From positions 224,001 to 288,000 of the forward strand of contig OY821645.1 in NCBI GenBank assembly GCA_963682135.1: a stretch of 64,000 nt of DNA, read 5' to 3'. Under the pieces are notes generated by a model. That model was not told the DNA's origin, made no database searches, and saw nothing but the letters and a program-made list of their open reading frames with translations. Source of the stretch: Methanothrix sp. (GTDB taxonomy: Archaea; Halobacteriota; Methanosarcinia; Methanotrichales; Methanotrichaceae). The position numbers and the translations under genes were made by a program. Position 1 is the stretch's first letter; every line of letters starts with the position of its first letter. Shown piece after piece: positions 9,416 to 19,514 of the stretch.

Positions 9416-10501
9416 TTAGCCCTTGGTCTTTCTCTTCTTCTGTTTGGCTGCTTCAGGAGGCTCCTTAACAACAACTGCTCGCTTAATCGCCCTGAGACGT
9501 GTCATGACATCATCTCCGTATGGAGTGAGTGTCCAATATGTGGCGTTGTCTTTGACGCTTCGCGCTTTTTCGCTCTTGGCAATTAGACCGAGTGCACGAA
9601 GCTGCACTTTTATGGTCTGGAAGTCTTGGCCATTCAACGAGAAATTACTCAGCATGCAATCCGTCAGATCCTTGTCTCTGGTAAGATTTTCGCGGTTCCT
9701 GTCCTCAGAGAAGCGATCAAGACCAGCCTTAAATGTGCGCTCGGACGCCTCGTTGATCATTAGAGGCGCCAAAACCGCGAATATTTCATTCCATGTTGCC
9801 TGAAATGTTCCCGTCCAGTCAGAGGTATCGTATATCTTGTTCTCTGATGAGAAGCTATATCTAAGTATGTGAAGTTCTTCGCCTTGTGCCAAATCCTCAG
9901 TTCCCTTTGGTGCTGCCGTCCGACTTCGTGCTAGTTCTGCCTGTAGTTCGTCGACGCGCTGCCGCAACTTTAGAAGCTCGAGCGTAGCATTCCGGTCGGG
10001 CAATTCGTCCGCTCTTACCCAGCCGATGGCTGGTGTTGTCTTCATCAATTGAATGAGACTGCGGCTAACCACAGAGCCAAGTTCTGAAGGGGATGCCCAT
10101 TGCTTGCACAACTTCTTCTCCACGAAGGATCGGAAAGCGACGAGTTTCTCCTTTCCTTCTTGTGTCGTCTCGCACTTGTTGGACTGAATTGTGCCGGGGT
10201 CTTTGTGGAGGAAAGCGATTGTGGGTTTCCCAATCTCAAGAGCATACCTGTATTCCATCTCAGTATAGCTCAACCCATCTGGACCACAGGAACCGTATCG
10301 TCCACCGAGGATTAGCACATAGTAGTCGCATTCTTCGATAACGCGCTTGATTAATGACCATTGGCTCTCGTCGGCTGCAGGGAATAACTCCATTCCTGCA
10401 GGGATACAGTCTAACTCCAAGAGCGCATGCATAACTTCTTGACGCTCCTCCTGAAGGTCTTGGTATGTGCTGCTCACAAAGATCTGGTACCGTTTTTCCA
10501 T
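9416..10501 (-). CDS. DUF4062 domain protein (TIR/nucleoside deoxyribosyltransferase-like fold)
   Basis: IFVSSTY.DL.EER, GME.FPA, YYVLILGGRYGS, TEMEY. Confidence 0.88.
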   Translation of the reverse strand: MEKRYQIFVSSTYQDLQEERQEVMHALLELDCIPAGMELFPAADESQWSLIKRVIEECDYYVLILGGRYGSCGPDGLSYTEMEYRYALEIGKPTIAFLHKDPGTIQSNKCETTQEGKEKLVAFRSFVEKKLCKQWASPSELGSVVSRSLIQLMKTTPAIGWVRADELPDRNATLELLKLRQRVDELQAELARSRTAAPKGTEDLAQGEELHILRYSFSSENKIYDTSDWTGTFQATWNEIFAVLAPLMINEASERTFKAGLDRFSEDRNRENLTRDKDLTDCMLSNFSLNGQDFQTIKVQLRALGLIAKSEKARSVKDNATYWTLTPYGDDVMTRLRAIKRAVVVKEPPEAAKQKKRKTKG

Positions 10502-10604
10502 TGCTTAATCCTCTTGGGCTAATGACGTAAATCACCAGCGGCTAAAGGTCGTTCGAGGGATGGGCTTACTTTCGCTTTCCATAAGTTCTTTGACCATTTC
10601 TACC

Positions 10605-10731
10605 GCTACAGTATGCTGACAATAAAGACAATGTGATCATGAACACAGAATATCTCTCTGCGTTTGGGCATCTCCAACATTTTTTTTCATTTCAGATGAA
10701 TTTTAATGAACAAGGCGGAAATGGCCTCCAT
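10605..10731 (-). pseudogene. Internally deleted DUF3795 gene
   Basis: MEAISA start joined to frameshifted NEKKCWRCP...CLYCQH tail homologous to 12185-12616. Confidence 0.65.
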
Positions 10732-10817
10732 TTGGTCTTACTTATTGCTGAATATGGCGCTCATCGCCACAGATCTGAGCCATAGCACCCTGTTCCTCCC
10801 CTCTGCCTCCTCCTCCA

Positions 10818-11324
10818 TTATCTGGTTGCAGCAAAGGCATCATTAAATGCCACAGTACCGCTGGCTTTGCTTTCAACGAATGGCAATGCCAGAACGTACT
10901 CTTTGGGAACCCCCTCAATTACCAGGTCTTTGGGACTTCTAAAGCCAAACCGCCCGTAGAATCCGGGATCTCCCACGAGGATGCAGCCCTTTGCGCCCAT
11001 TGACCTTAACCTGGCCAGGCCCTCCTGCATCAGAGTCTTTCCGATACCTTGCTTCTGCAATTCCGGCAGCACCGAGATGGGTCCCAGACCATACCAACCT
11101 GAGCTGCCATCGGAGATGGTCACTGGCGAGAAAGCTATGTGGCCGACCACCCGATTGCCAGCCACTGCCACCAGCGAGACGGAAAGCATATTGGCATCTC
11201 GCAGCGCATCAACAATGAACTGTTCTGTGTGTTGGCTGATAGCAAGACTTTCGAAAGCAGCTATCGTGATCTCTGATATTGTTTTGATGTCCGACTCGGT
11301 CTCATTGCGAATAATGATGTCCAT
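10818..11324 (-). CDS. GNAT N-acetyltransferase (YhbS-like), copy 1
   Basis: VVGHIAFSPV, LGPISVLPELQKQGIG, LVGDP.FY.RFGF. Confidence 0.9.
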   Translation of the reverse strand: MDIIIRNETESDIKTISEITIAAFESLAISQHTEQFIVDALRDANMLSVSLVAVAGNRVVGHIAFSPVTISDGSSGWYGLGPISVLPELQKQGIGKTLMQEGLARLRSMGAKGCILVGDPGFYGRFGFRSPKDLVIEGVPKEYVLALPFVESKASGTVAFNDAFAATR

Positions 11325-11349
11325 TTCTAAATCACATCTCCTGTTTTAT

Positions 11350-11408
11350 CTATTGACAATAAAGACATTGCGGCTTACGAACGCGGATTATCTCACCGCA
11401 TCTGCAAT
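11350..11408 (-). repeat. Isolated DUF3795 3'-tail fragment
   Basis: Translates CRCGEIIRVRKPQCLYCQ*. Confidence 0.75.
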
Positions 11409-11452
11409 AATTTTATATTCTAGTCCCTGCTGTTATATGCTGGTGAAAAGAT

Positions 11453-11668
11453 GTGAAGTTTGGAGAAAAGAATGTTGGCATGATTGATCGTGTGGTCAGG
11501 ATCGTTCTTGGAATTATCCTGCTCTATCTCTTCGTGGTAAATATGGTTGCAGCACCATGGTCGTATCTTGTTGCGCTTATCGGACTGATCCTGCTGGTGA
11601 CCGGAGTTGTCGGGAGCTGTCCTCTCTATTCGATGCTCGGCATGAATACGCTAGGCAAGAATGCGTAA
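11453..11668 (+). CDS. DUF2892/YgaP-like small membrane protein
   Basis: NVG.IDR..RI.LG and G.CPLY..LG.NT. Confidence 0.85.
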   Translation: MKFGEKNVGMIDRVVRIVLGIILLYLFVVNMVAAPWSYLVALIGLILLVTGVVGSCPLYSMLGMNTLGKNA

Positions 11669-11685
11669 GAAGAAAGATTCGACCT

Positions 11686-12144
11686 CTAGTCAGGCAACAC
11701 TAATTTGCCTTGCGCAAGTTCAATAAGCGGATTGTATGCCACTTCCCATGGATGGCCGTCAGGATCTGCGAAATATCCGGAATAACCTCCCCACTCGGTA
11801 TTGCCTGCCGCTTTAAGAAGTGTCCCGCCAGCCAGAACGGCCTGCGACAACGCTTTATCAACTTCCTCTTTAGACGAGACATTTTGCGCCAGAGTGATTC
11901 CACCGTAGCCTCCCAAGTCCTCAACACAGGCATCCTTGGCAAGCAGATGACGGGGATAAAGTGCCAATGCAGTCTCGGTACTGATCTTGAATATGGCAAA
12001 GTCACCTCCGCTGATGCTGGACAGCGGCCAGCCCAGGCCGTCCCTGTAAAACTGGATGGCTCTCTCGATATTCTTAACCCCAAGAGTGACGATATTTAGA
12101 CGCGGCTGCAATATTTTACCTCCTGTAGCTTGACTATTCTGCAT
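11686..12144 (-). CDS. VOC/glyoxalase family protein
   Basis: IVTLGV..., WGGYSGYFADPDGH.WEVAYNP. Confidence 0.9.
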   Translation of the reverse strand: MQNSQATGGKILQPRLNIVTLGVKNIERAIQFYRDGLGWPLSSISGGDFAIFKISTETALALYPRHLLAKDACVEDLGGYGGITLAQNVSSKEEVDKALSQAVLAGGTLLKAAGNTEWGGYSGYFADPDGHPWEVAYNPLIELAQGKLVLPD

Positions 12145-12184
12145 GCTGTTGTGCAATCCGATGACCTGGTGACTTTATCAAATC

Positions 12185-12616
12185 CTAACGCCAGGAGTGC
12201 TGGCAATAAAGACATTGTGGCTTGTGAACGCAGAGCATCTCACCGCATTTTGGGCAGACCCATCGTTCTTTTTCGGCTCTTATGAAATGCCTTATGCCGA
12301 ATTTTCGAATGTTCTCAAGATTACTGATCATGCTCATGCCGTACTTGGTTTTGTACCGCTTATCCAAATGCTTGAGCCTGTCACAAGGGAAGCTGTTACA
12401 GCCAAAGCAGTACCTGGCTTTGGAGTTTGCCATCTCCTCGCAGTTCTTGATTTTGCATTCTACACACGATTTGGATTTGAGGCTGTCGTCGTACCGGCAA
12501 CCTGAGCATGGTTTCCGCTCTCTTGTAAATGCGCGGCAGAGACGGCAATTCATTCCACAGGGAGCGAGCAGCTTCGTGGAAATTGCCATTGTCTTTGTCG
12601 ATCTTCTAGATGTCAT
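12185..12616 (-). CDS. DUF3795 Cys-rich protein
   Basis: APCG.NC.LC, C.GC, C.IK.C, C..C..FPC, CPKCG...C..C. Confidence 0.85.
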   Translation of the reverse strand: MTSRRSTKTMAISTKLLAPCGMNCRLCRAFTRERKPCSGCRYDDSLKSKSCVECKIKNCEEMANSKARYCFGCNSFPCDRLKHLDKRYKTKYGMSMISNLENIRKFGIRHFIRAEKERWVCPKCGEMLCVHKPQCLYCQHSWR

Positions 12617-12672
12617 GTCAAGATCCTTAAGAGGCTGAGTTCTCTGTTCCGCCCTCGGCCCCAGCGCCATTG

Positions 12673-13179
12673 TTATCTGGTTGCAGCAAAGGCATCATGA
12701 AATGCCACAGTACCGCTGGCTTTGCTTTCAACGAATGGCAATGCCAGAACGTACTCTTGGGGAACGCCTTCAATAAACATGTCCGGGGGACTTCGAAAGC
12801 CGAACCGCTCGTAGTAGCCGGGATCTCCCACGAGAATACAACCCTTTGCACCCAATGACTTTAACCTGGCCAGCCCTTCTTGCATCATGGATTTTCCGAT
12901 GCCCTGCTTCTGCAATTCCGGCAAGACAGAGATAGGACCGAGACCATACCAATCCGGGCTGCCATCGGAGATCGTCACAGGCGAGAAAGCTAAATGGCCG
13001 ACCACCCGCTTCCCTGAAACTGCCACCATCGAGATTGTAAGCACATTAGCATCTCGCAGTGCATCAATAATGAACTGCTCCGTTTGGTTACTAACTGCAA
13101 GAGCCTCAAAAGCTGCTTTCGTGATCTCAGATATCGCTTTAATGTCCGACCTGGTCTCATTGCGGATAATGATATCCAT
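12673..13179 (-). CDS. GNAT N-acetyltransferase (YhbS-like), copy 2
   Basis: Near-identical paralog of 10818-11324; start MDIIIRNE with RBS. Confidence 0.9.
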   Translation of the reverse strand: MDIIIRNETRSDIKAISEITKAAFEALAVSNQTEQFIIDALRDANVLTISMVAVSGKRVVGHLAFSPVTISDGSPDWYGLGPISVLPELQKQGIGKSMMQEGLARLKSLGAKGCILVGDPGYYERFGFRSPPDMFIEGVPQEYVLALPFVESKASGTVAFHDAFAATR

Positions 13180-13207
13180 GTCTAACTCACACCTCCTGCT
13201 TTTCCTT

Positions 13208-13290
13208 TGATCATTTGTACCGCCATGTTTGTTGACAATAAAGACATTGCGGCTTGTGAACGCTGATTTTTTCATCGCATTTCGGGAAGC
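13208..13290 (-). repeat. Isolated DUF3795 3'-tail fragment
   Basis: Translates FPKCDEKISVHKPQCLYCQQTWRYK*. Confidence 0.8.
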
Positions 13291-13388
13291 TGCATCTTTG
13301 ATATATGTTTAGGAAAAGAGAATCTAATCCAGAAATCCTTATATATGAATAGATTGATATGACTAGTAATAAATCACGTTGGTAGGCT

Positions 13389-13862
13389 ATGCTGATGCTG
13401 GATAAAGAACTCCCAATGCTCCCTAGAAAAAGATTGCTCCATTCTCTGCCTGGAATTGAGAAAGCCTCCTGTTGCGACGATAACGCTTGCTGCGAGGCAG
13501 AAAATACTCTCTTCCGGCTTTATGGAGATAGAAGCATAGCCAGAGAGCGATGTCTCCGGGTATGCGCTCAGGTAAAAAAGATAGACGAAGAGGATTTGAC
13601 TGTCGAGATGAAGGTCTTTAAGGCCGCAGCGGACGCCACCCGCCTCAAGATTCTCAAGCTTCTCAGCAGCGGAGAGCTTTGCATTGTTGAAATGATGCTG
13701 GCTCTGAAAAGACCGCAGTCTTCCATATCCCATAATCTCTCCATACTCGAGGACGCGGGGCTTGTAAAAGAGAGAAAGGAAGGAAAATGGTGTCGCTACA
13801 GGATCTCGGATGGGACTGTCACTGATATGCTCAACCTAGCCGGACGGTTCAAGCGAAAATGA
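13389..13862 (+). CDS. ArsR family regulator with N-terminal CC..CC extension
   Basis: FKAAADATRLKIL, ELCIVE, SHNL; SCCDDNACC N-terminus. Confidence 0.85.
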   Translation: MLMLDKELPMLPRKRLLHSLPGIEKASCCDDNACCEAENTLFRLYGDRSIARERCLRVCAQVKKIDEEDLTVEMKVFKAAADATRLKILKLLSSGELCIVEMMLALKRPQSSISHNLSILEDAGLVKERKEGKWCRYRISDGTVTDMLNLAGRFKRK

Positions 13863-13898
13863 TATTTCAATTGTCTTGATTGTTAAAATGCCAATGGG

Positions 13899-14705
13899 GT
13901 GGATGATATGGTTGGAGGACAGACAGACGTTAAACTCGTGAGCAACGCTATGGCCAATGCCACGAGAAGAAAGATCATGACCATGTTGGTTGAGAAAGAG
14001 AGAACTAGAGCTGAGGTCGAGCAGACAGCCGGAGCCAGCATGCTCGACTACCACCTGCAAATGCTGCAGCAAGCGGGCCTCGTCGATATCAAGGACGAAG
14101 TGATCATCCTGACCGACTTCGGCAAGAACTTCATGGAAACGAAGGCCGAAAAGCCAGCCCAGGCCAGAAAGGACCTTTCCGGGACAGCGCCCCTGCAAAT
14201 TACACAGGTCCGGCAGCTTCTCCCTTGCATTGCCGATGTCTCCAAGTTTCGCATCATCGCCCGGTTGGAGCCAGAGCTCGGCGGCGCCCTGAAGCTGCTG
14301 GAGCCCTTATTTCCGCGGGCCAGATACTCGGAGAGGATCGGCGCCCTCATCATCCAGAAGGGCAACATCCTCATCACCCTTTATACCACTGGCAATGTGA
14401 CCATGACCATGATCAGCAGCGAGGCCGAAGCCCGGGCAGTTCTGGAAAGCCTGAAAGAGACCATCAATAATGCCATCGCCAGCGGCATTACGCCCGCGGC
14501 CAGGGAGAGGGTTATGGTGGATCATGCCGAGGTTTACAAATATCTGCCTAAAACAGACTGCAAGATCTGTGGAGAGCAGAGCTGCTATGCTTTCGCTATC
14601 CGGCTGGTAGGTGGAGAGACTACTCTGGAGAAGTGCACGCCGCTATTGGAGCCCAAGTTCGCCACCAGCCTGGAGACCCTGCGGGCCCTTCGAGAGTATC
14701 TGTGA
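13899..14705 (+). CDS. ArsR-like wHTH fused to C-terminal putative Fe-S domain
   Basis: NATRRKIM...YHL..LQQAGL; LPKTDCKICGEQSCYAFA..L....C.PL. Confidence 0.85.
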   Translation: MDDMVGGQTDVKLVSNAMANATRRKIMTMLVEKERTRAEVEQTAGASMLDYHLQMLQQAGLVDIKDEVIILTDFGKNFMETKAEKPAQARKDLSGTAPLQITQVRQLLPCIADVSKFRIIARLEPELGGALKLLEPLFPRARYSERIGALIIQKGNILITLYTTGNVTMTMISSEAEARAVLESLKETINNAIASGITPAARERVMVDHAEVYKYLPKTDCKICGEQSCYAFAIRLVGGETTLEKCTPLLEPKFATSLETLRALREYL

Positions 14706-14744
14706 TGCGAGAGTATCTGTGATATGCATGAGGACAGGTAAGAA

Positions 14745-15113
14745 ATGGGCACCCTAACCATCATTCTCACGGACGGGCCTTACATCTCTCAATATGCCGA
14801 GATGGCCTGCAAGATTGCCGGAGCGGCGATTGGAAAAGCGCACAGGGTAAATATCTTCCTCTATCTGGATGCGGTCCATATTCCCAAAGCCCGCCAGAGT
14901 CCCGCCTTCTTTGCCAACGTGGGAGAGCTCTTTGCCGAGATGGCCCGGCTGGGGGTTAAGGTGGAGGCCTGTCCCAGGTGCGCTACGGCGCGCGGCTACG
15001 CTCTCCAGGGTGAAACGAGCGAGGATTACATCGAGAGGATAAGGATCACCAGCCTCTACCGCCTAGCAGAGATGCTGCAAGAGAGCGACAGGGTGGTGAC
15101 GCTGGCAAGATGA
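14745..15113 (+). CDS. dsrE: DsrE/TusD-like sulfur relay protein
   Basis: GPY, IFLYLDAV, ACPRCATARG. Confidence 0.8.
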   Translation: MGTLTIILTDGPYISQYAEMACKIAGAAIGKAHRVNIFLYLDAVHIPKARQSPAFFANVGELFAEMARLGVKVEACPRCATARGYALQGETSEDYIERIRITSLYRLAEMLQESDRVVTLAR

Positions 15114-15451
15114 GATCTGTATTCTTTCTCCTGGACAGTGCCCCCTACGGCAGCGAGAAGGCATTCGGCCTGCTCAACGCCGCCGCGGTGAGCGGCGAGA
15201 TGGATGTAACTGTTGGCCTTTACGCAGACGGCGTCTACCTGGCCCTGGCCGGTCAGGACAGCCGGGATTTGCACCTGCCCAACCACTCTGACATCCTCTA
15301 CGCCTATCCGGAGATGAGGTTACTGGCCCATGAGCCATCTCTGGCGGATCGGGGCCTCATGAGCATGGGCCTGGTGGAGAGGGTGGAGCTAATGGATGAA
15401 GAGCAGTTCTTTGAGGAGATGCTGCAATCGGACGGCATCATACTATTATGA
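15110..15451 (+). CDS. dsrF: DsrF/TusC-like protein
   Basis: APYGSE, DGVY, SL.DRGL; overlapping operon. Confidence 0.75.
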   Translation: MRSVFFLLDSAPYGSEKAFGLLNAAAVSGEMDVTVGLYADGVYLALAGQDSRDLHLPNHSDILYAYPEMRLLAHEPSLADRGLMSMGLVERVELMDEEQFFEEMLQSDGIILL

Positions 15452-15783
15452 TGATAATTCTCCTGACAAAAACGCCTCAAAGCGAGCGCGCAAGACTATG
15501 CCTGCGACTCCTGGAAGGCTCCTGTGATGCTGTGGTCTATCTGGCAGGAGATGGTGTCTACAATCTGCTCGGCCAGGACGAGCCGGATTGCACCAGCCAG
15601 GAGACCCGTCGTTTGGATAAGACTCTCGCGGCACTTCTGCCCAGGGATAAAATCATGGCCTGCCGAGAAGACCTGGCTGCTAGAGGCCTCTCTGCTGATG
15701 GCAAAGCAACGGTCCCCGTGAATTTCTATGAGTTGCTGGTTGATGACATGATGGAGGAAGGCAGCCGGTTCTATACTTTTTAG
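15448..15783 (+). CDS. dsrH: DsrH/TusB-like protein
   Basis: DGVY, EDL.ARGL, FYELL. Confidence 0.75.
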   Translation: MMIILLTKTPQSERARLCLRLLEGSCDAVVYLAGDGVYNLLGQDEPDCTSQETRRLDKTLAALLPRDKIMACREDLAARGLSADGKATVPVNFYELLVDDMMEEGSRFYTF

Positions 15784-15829
15784 CCTATTGGACGGAATGC
15801 GTTCCTGGGTTGCGGCAATCGGCAGAAAG

Positions 15830-15895
15830 TAGTGAACTACCGCCTCCTGAAGGATGGGGACTTCCCGCTCTGTCCTTCGCAATCCTACCAGTTAA
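15830..15895 (-). mobile_element. IS200/IS605-type end remnant
   Basis: Minus strand gaagtccccatccttcaggaggcggtagttcac, a hairpin ending in TCAC. Confidence 0.6.
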
Positions 15896-15944
15896 AGATA
15901 TGAGCCGGAACGTGCGATACCTTTGTACCTATTCTTGAATAGTG

Positions 15945-16125
15945 AAGTTCTGAATCAACAAAGGCGCGGCTCTTGCCAAGCAACACAGATACGATGAAGC
16001 ATTAGCGCATTTCGACCGGGTGCTTGAGACGATCCGCTGAATGCCGATGCCGGGGTCAGCCGGGGCGAGGCTTGTAGCGCATGAACCGGTACGCAGAAGC
16101 TATCGAAGATATCAATCGGGCAGAT
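15945..16125 (+). pseudogene. Frameshifted TPR protein fragment
   Basis: INKGAALAKQHRYDEALAHFDRVLE / DPLNADA / MNRYAEAIED across frames. Confidence 0.65.
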
Positions 16126-16294
16126 CATGTAAAATGAGGAGGGTGGGCGAGAGAGAAGGAGCGCATGAGCCTGGAGATCTGATGTCCGCCGAATAGGAGG
16201 AAGGCAAAAGTCTTAGTGTAGGAGGGATTAAATGATGGTCTTCGACTTTTGCCGAATAGACTGTAATCGTTCGCCGATATTTAAGGATTTCGCC

Positions 16295-18454
<2,160 letters not shown>

Positions 18455-18548
18455 ATCGTATTCTTCCTGGAAATAGATGAATTTAAATGTATACCTGGAA
18501 ATGCAATCTGTAATCGATTATAGAAAAAGGAGATGGGGTAGCTGCTAT

Positions 18549-19373
18549 TCACACGCATGGTAGCCAGTCAACGCTGATGGCTCCGCATGTGGAATTTCCC
18601 CAAAGCTGGATGAACTTCTCGATGGAGAAGACGCCGGTCAGGTCCTCGACCGATCTGCCGTATTCAGCATGACGGCCCTTGAGCTGATCGTCAGCTTTGG
18701 GATCGCGGGAGATCCAGCCGATGTGGGCAACGCCAATGACGTTGCTGTTCAGGTTTGCTTCCAGGACACCGGTGCAGCAAGCTGGACAGCCACTATTTGA
18801 GAGATCATAGAAGCCCCTCTGACCGGAGATGGGTACAAAGGAAACGATTCCATATCCTCTTGTCTTGACCTCGGTGGTCTTTTGCAGGTGCTCAGCATGA
18901 GTGTACATCTCGGTCAGCACAGCGCCGATTCTGTAGTTTTGCACACACAACTTCTCAACCCACTTTTGATCGTAGGTGCCTGTTTGGTAAGAGACGGGCA
19001 TATACTCAAATTCAGCTTCCTTGGTGAAATTGATATAGTCCATCGGGCAGAACACACCAGTTGGCCACTGACACATAAAATCAACTCGAACGAGCTGGCC
19101 ATTATAATAAGTATATTTATCACCTATTGCGTAACCAGTCCTGTTGAGCTGCCTCTCAGCCTCAAGTTCGGTCTTCTCGGTAATTACGTTGCCGGATCCG
19201 GACTCCTTCTCTACCAGCTTCTGGCCGTTAAAGCCTGTCTGGGTGGACACGATCATCTCTACATTCTTGTAGCCGACACCCTTGACAGATGCCTTTTCGT
19301 ACATGTAGTTTGCAGCTGTAGCCATGCCGATCAATGCAATAGCTATCACTGCCAAAACAAGTATTCTCCTCGT
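18549..19373 (-). CDS. Secreted Cys-rich beta-rich protein ending DWLPCV; probable ACG start
   Basis: Signal peptide (M)RRILVLAVIAIALIG; GGAGGG RBS before ACG at 19373. Confidence 0.75.
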   Translation of the reverse strand, partial: TRRILVLAVIAIALIGMATAANYMYEKASVKGVGYKNVEMIVSTQTGFNGQKLVEKESGSGNVITEKTELEAERQLNRTGYAIGDKYTYYNGQLVRVDFMCQWPTGVFCPMDYINFTKEAEFEYMPVSYQTGTYDQKWVEKLCVQNYRIGAVLTEMYTHAEHLQKTTEVKTRGYGIVSFVPISGQRGFYDLSNSGCPACCTGVLEANLNSNVIGVAHIGWISRDPKADDQLKGRHAEYGRSVEDLTGVFSIEKFIQLWGNSTCGAISVDWLPCV

Positions 19374-19514
19374 TCGATTCCCTCCTTATTTGATCCCAAT
19401 CACTAACATGTACAATCATATTTAAACGTTAGGAACGGAAAAATCTAAGCATTTTCCGAAACACCTAAAGTAAGCGTATGCACCTTCTTTTAATGGATCT
19501 GCAAAGTAGATCCT

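Noticed and set aside
12180-12192. GTTAGGA core-like site at DUF3795 stop
   Set aside because: Explained by Arg-stop codons and has no matching attC arm
13180-13275. N-terminal extension of GNAT copy 2 in ORF track
   Set aside because: Out-of-frame read-through of the DUF3795 tail; the paralog and RBS indicate a start at 13179
1972-15783. Selenocysteine or pyrrolysine read-through in thiol proteins
   Set aside because: No in-frame TGA/TAG seen at catalytic positions; genes appear complete
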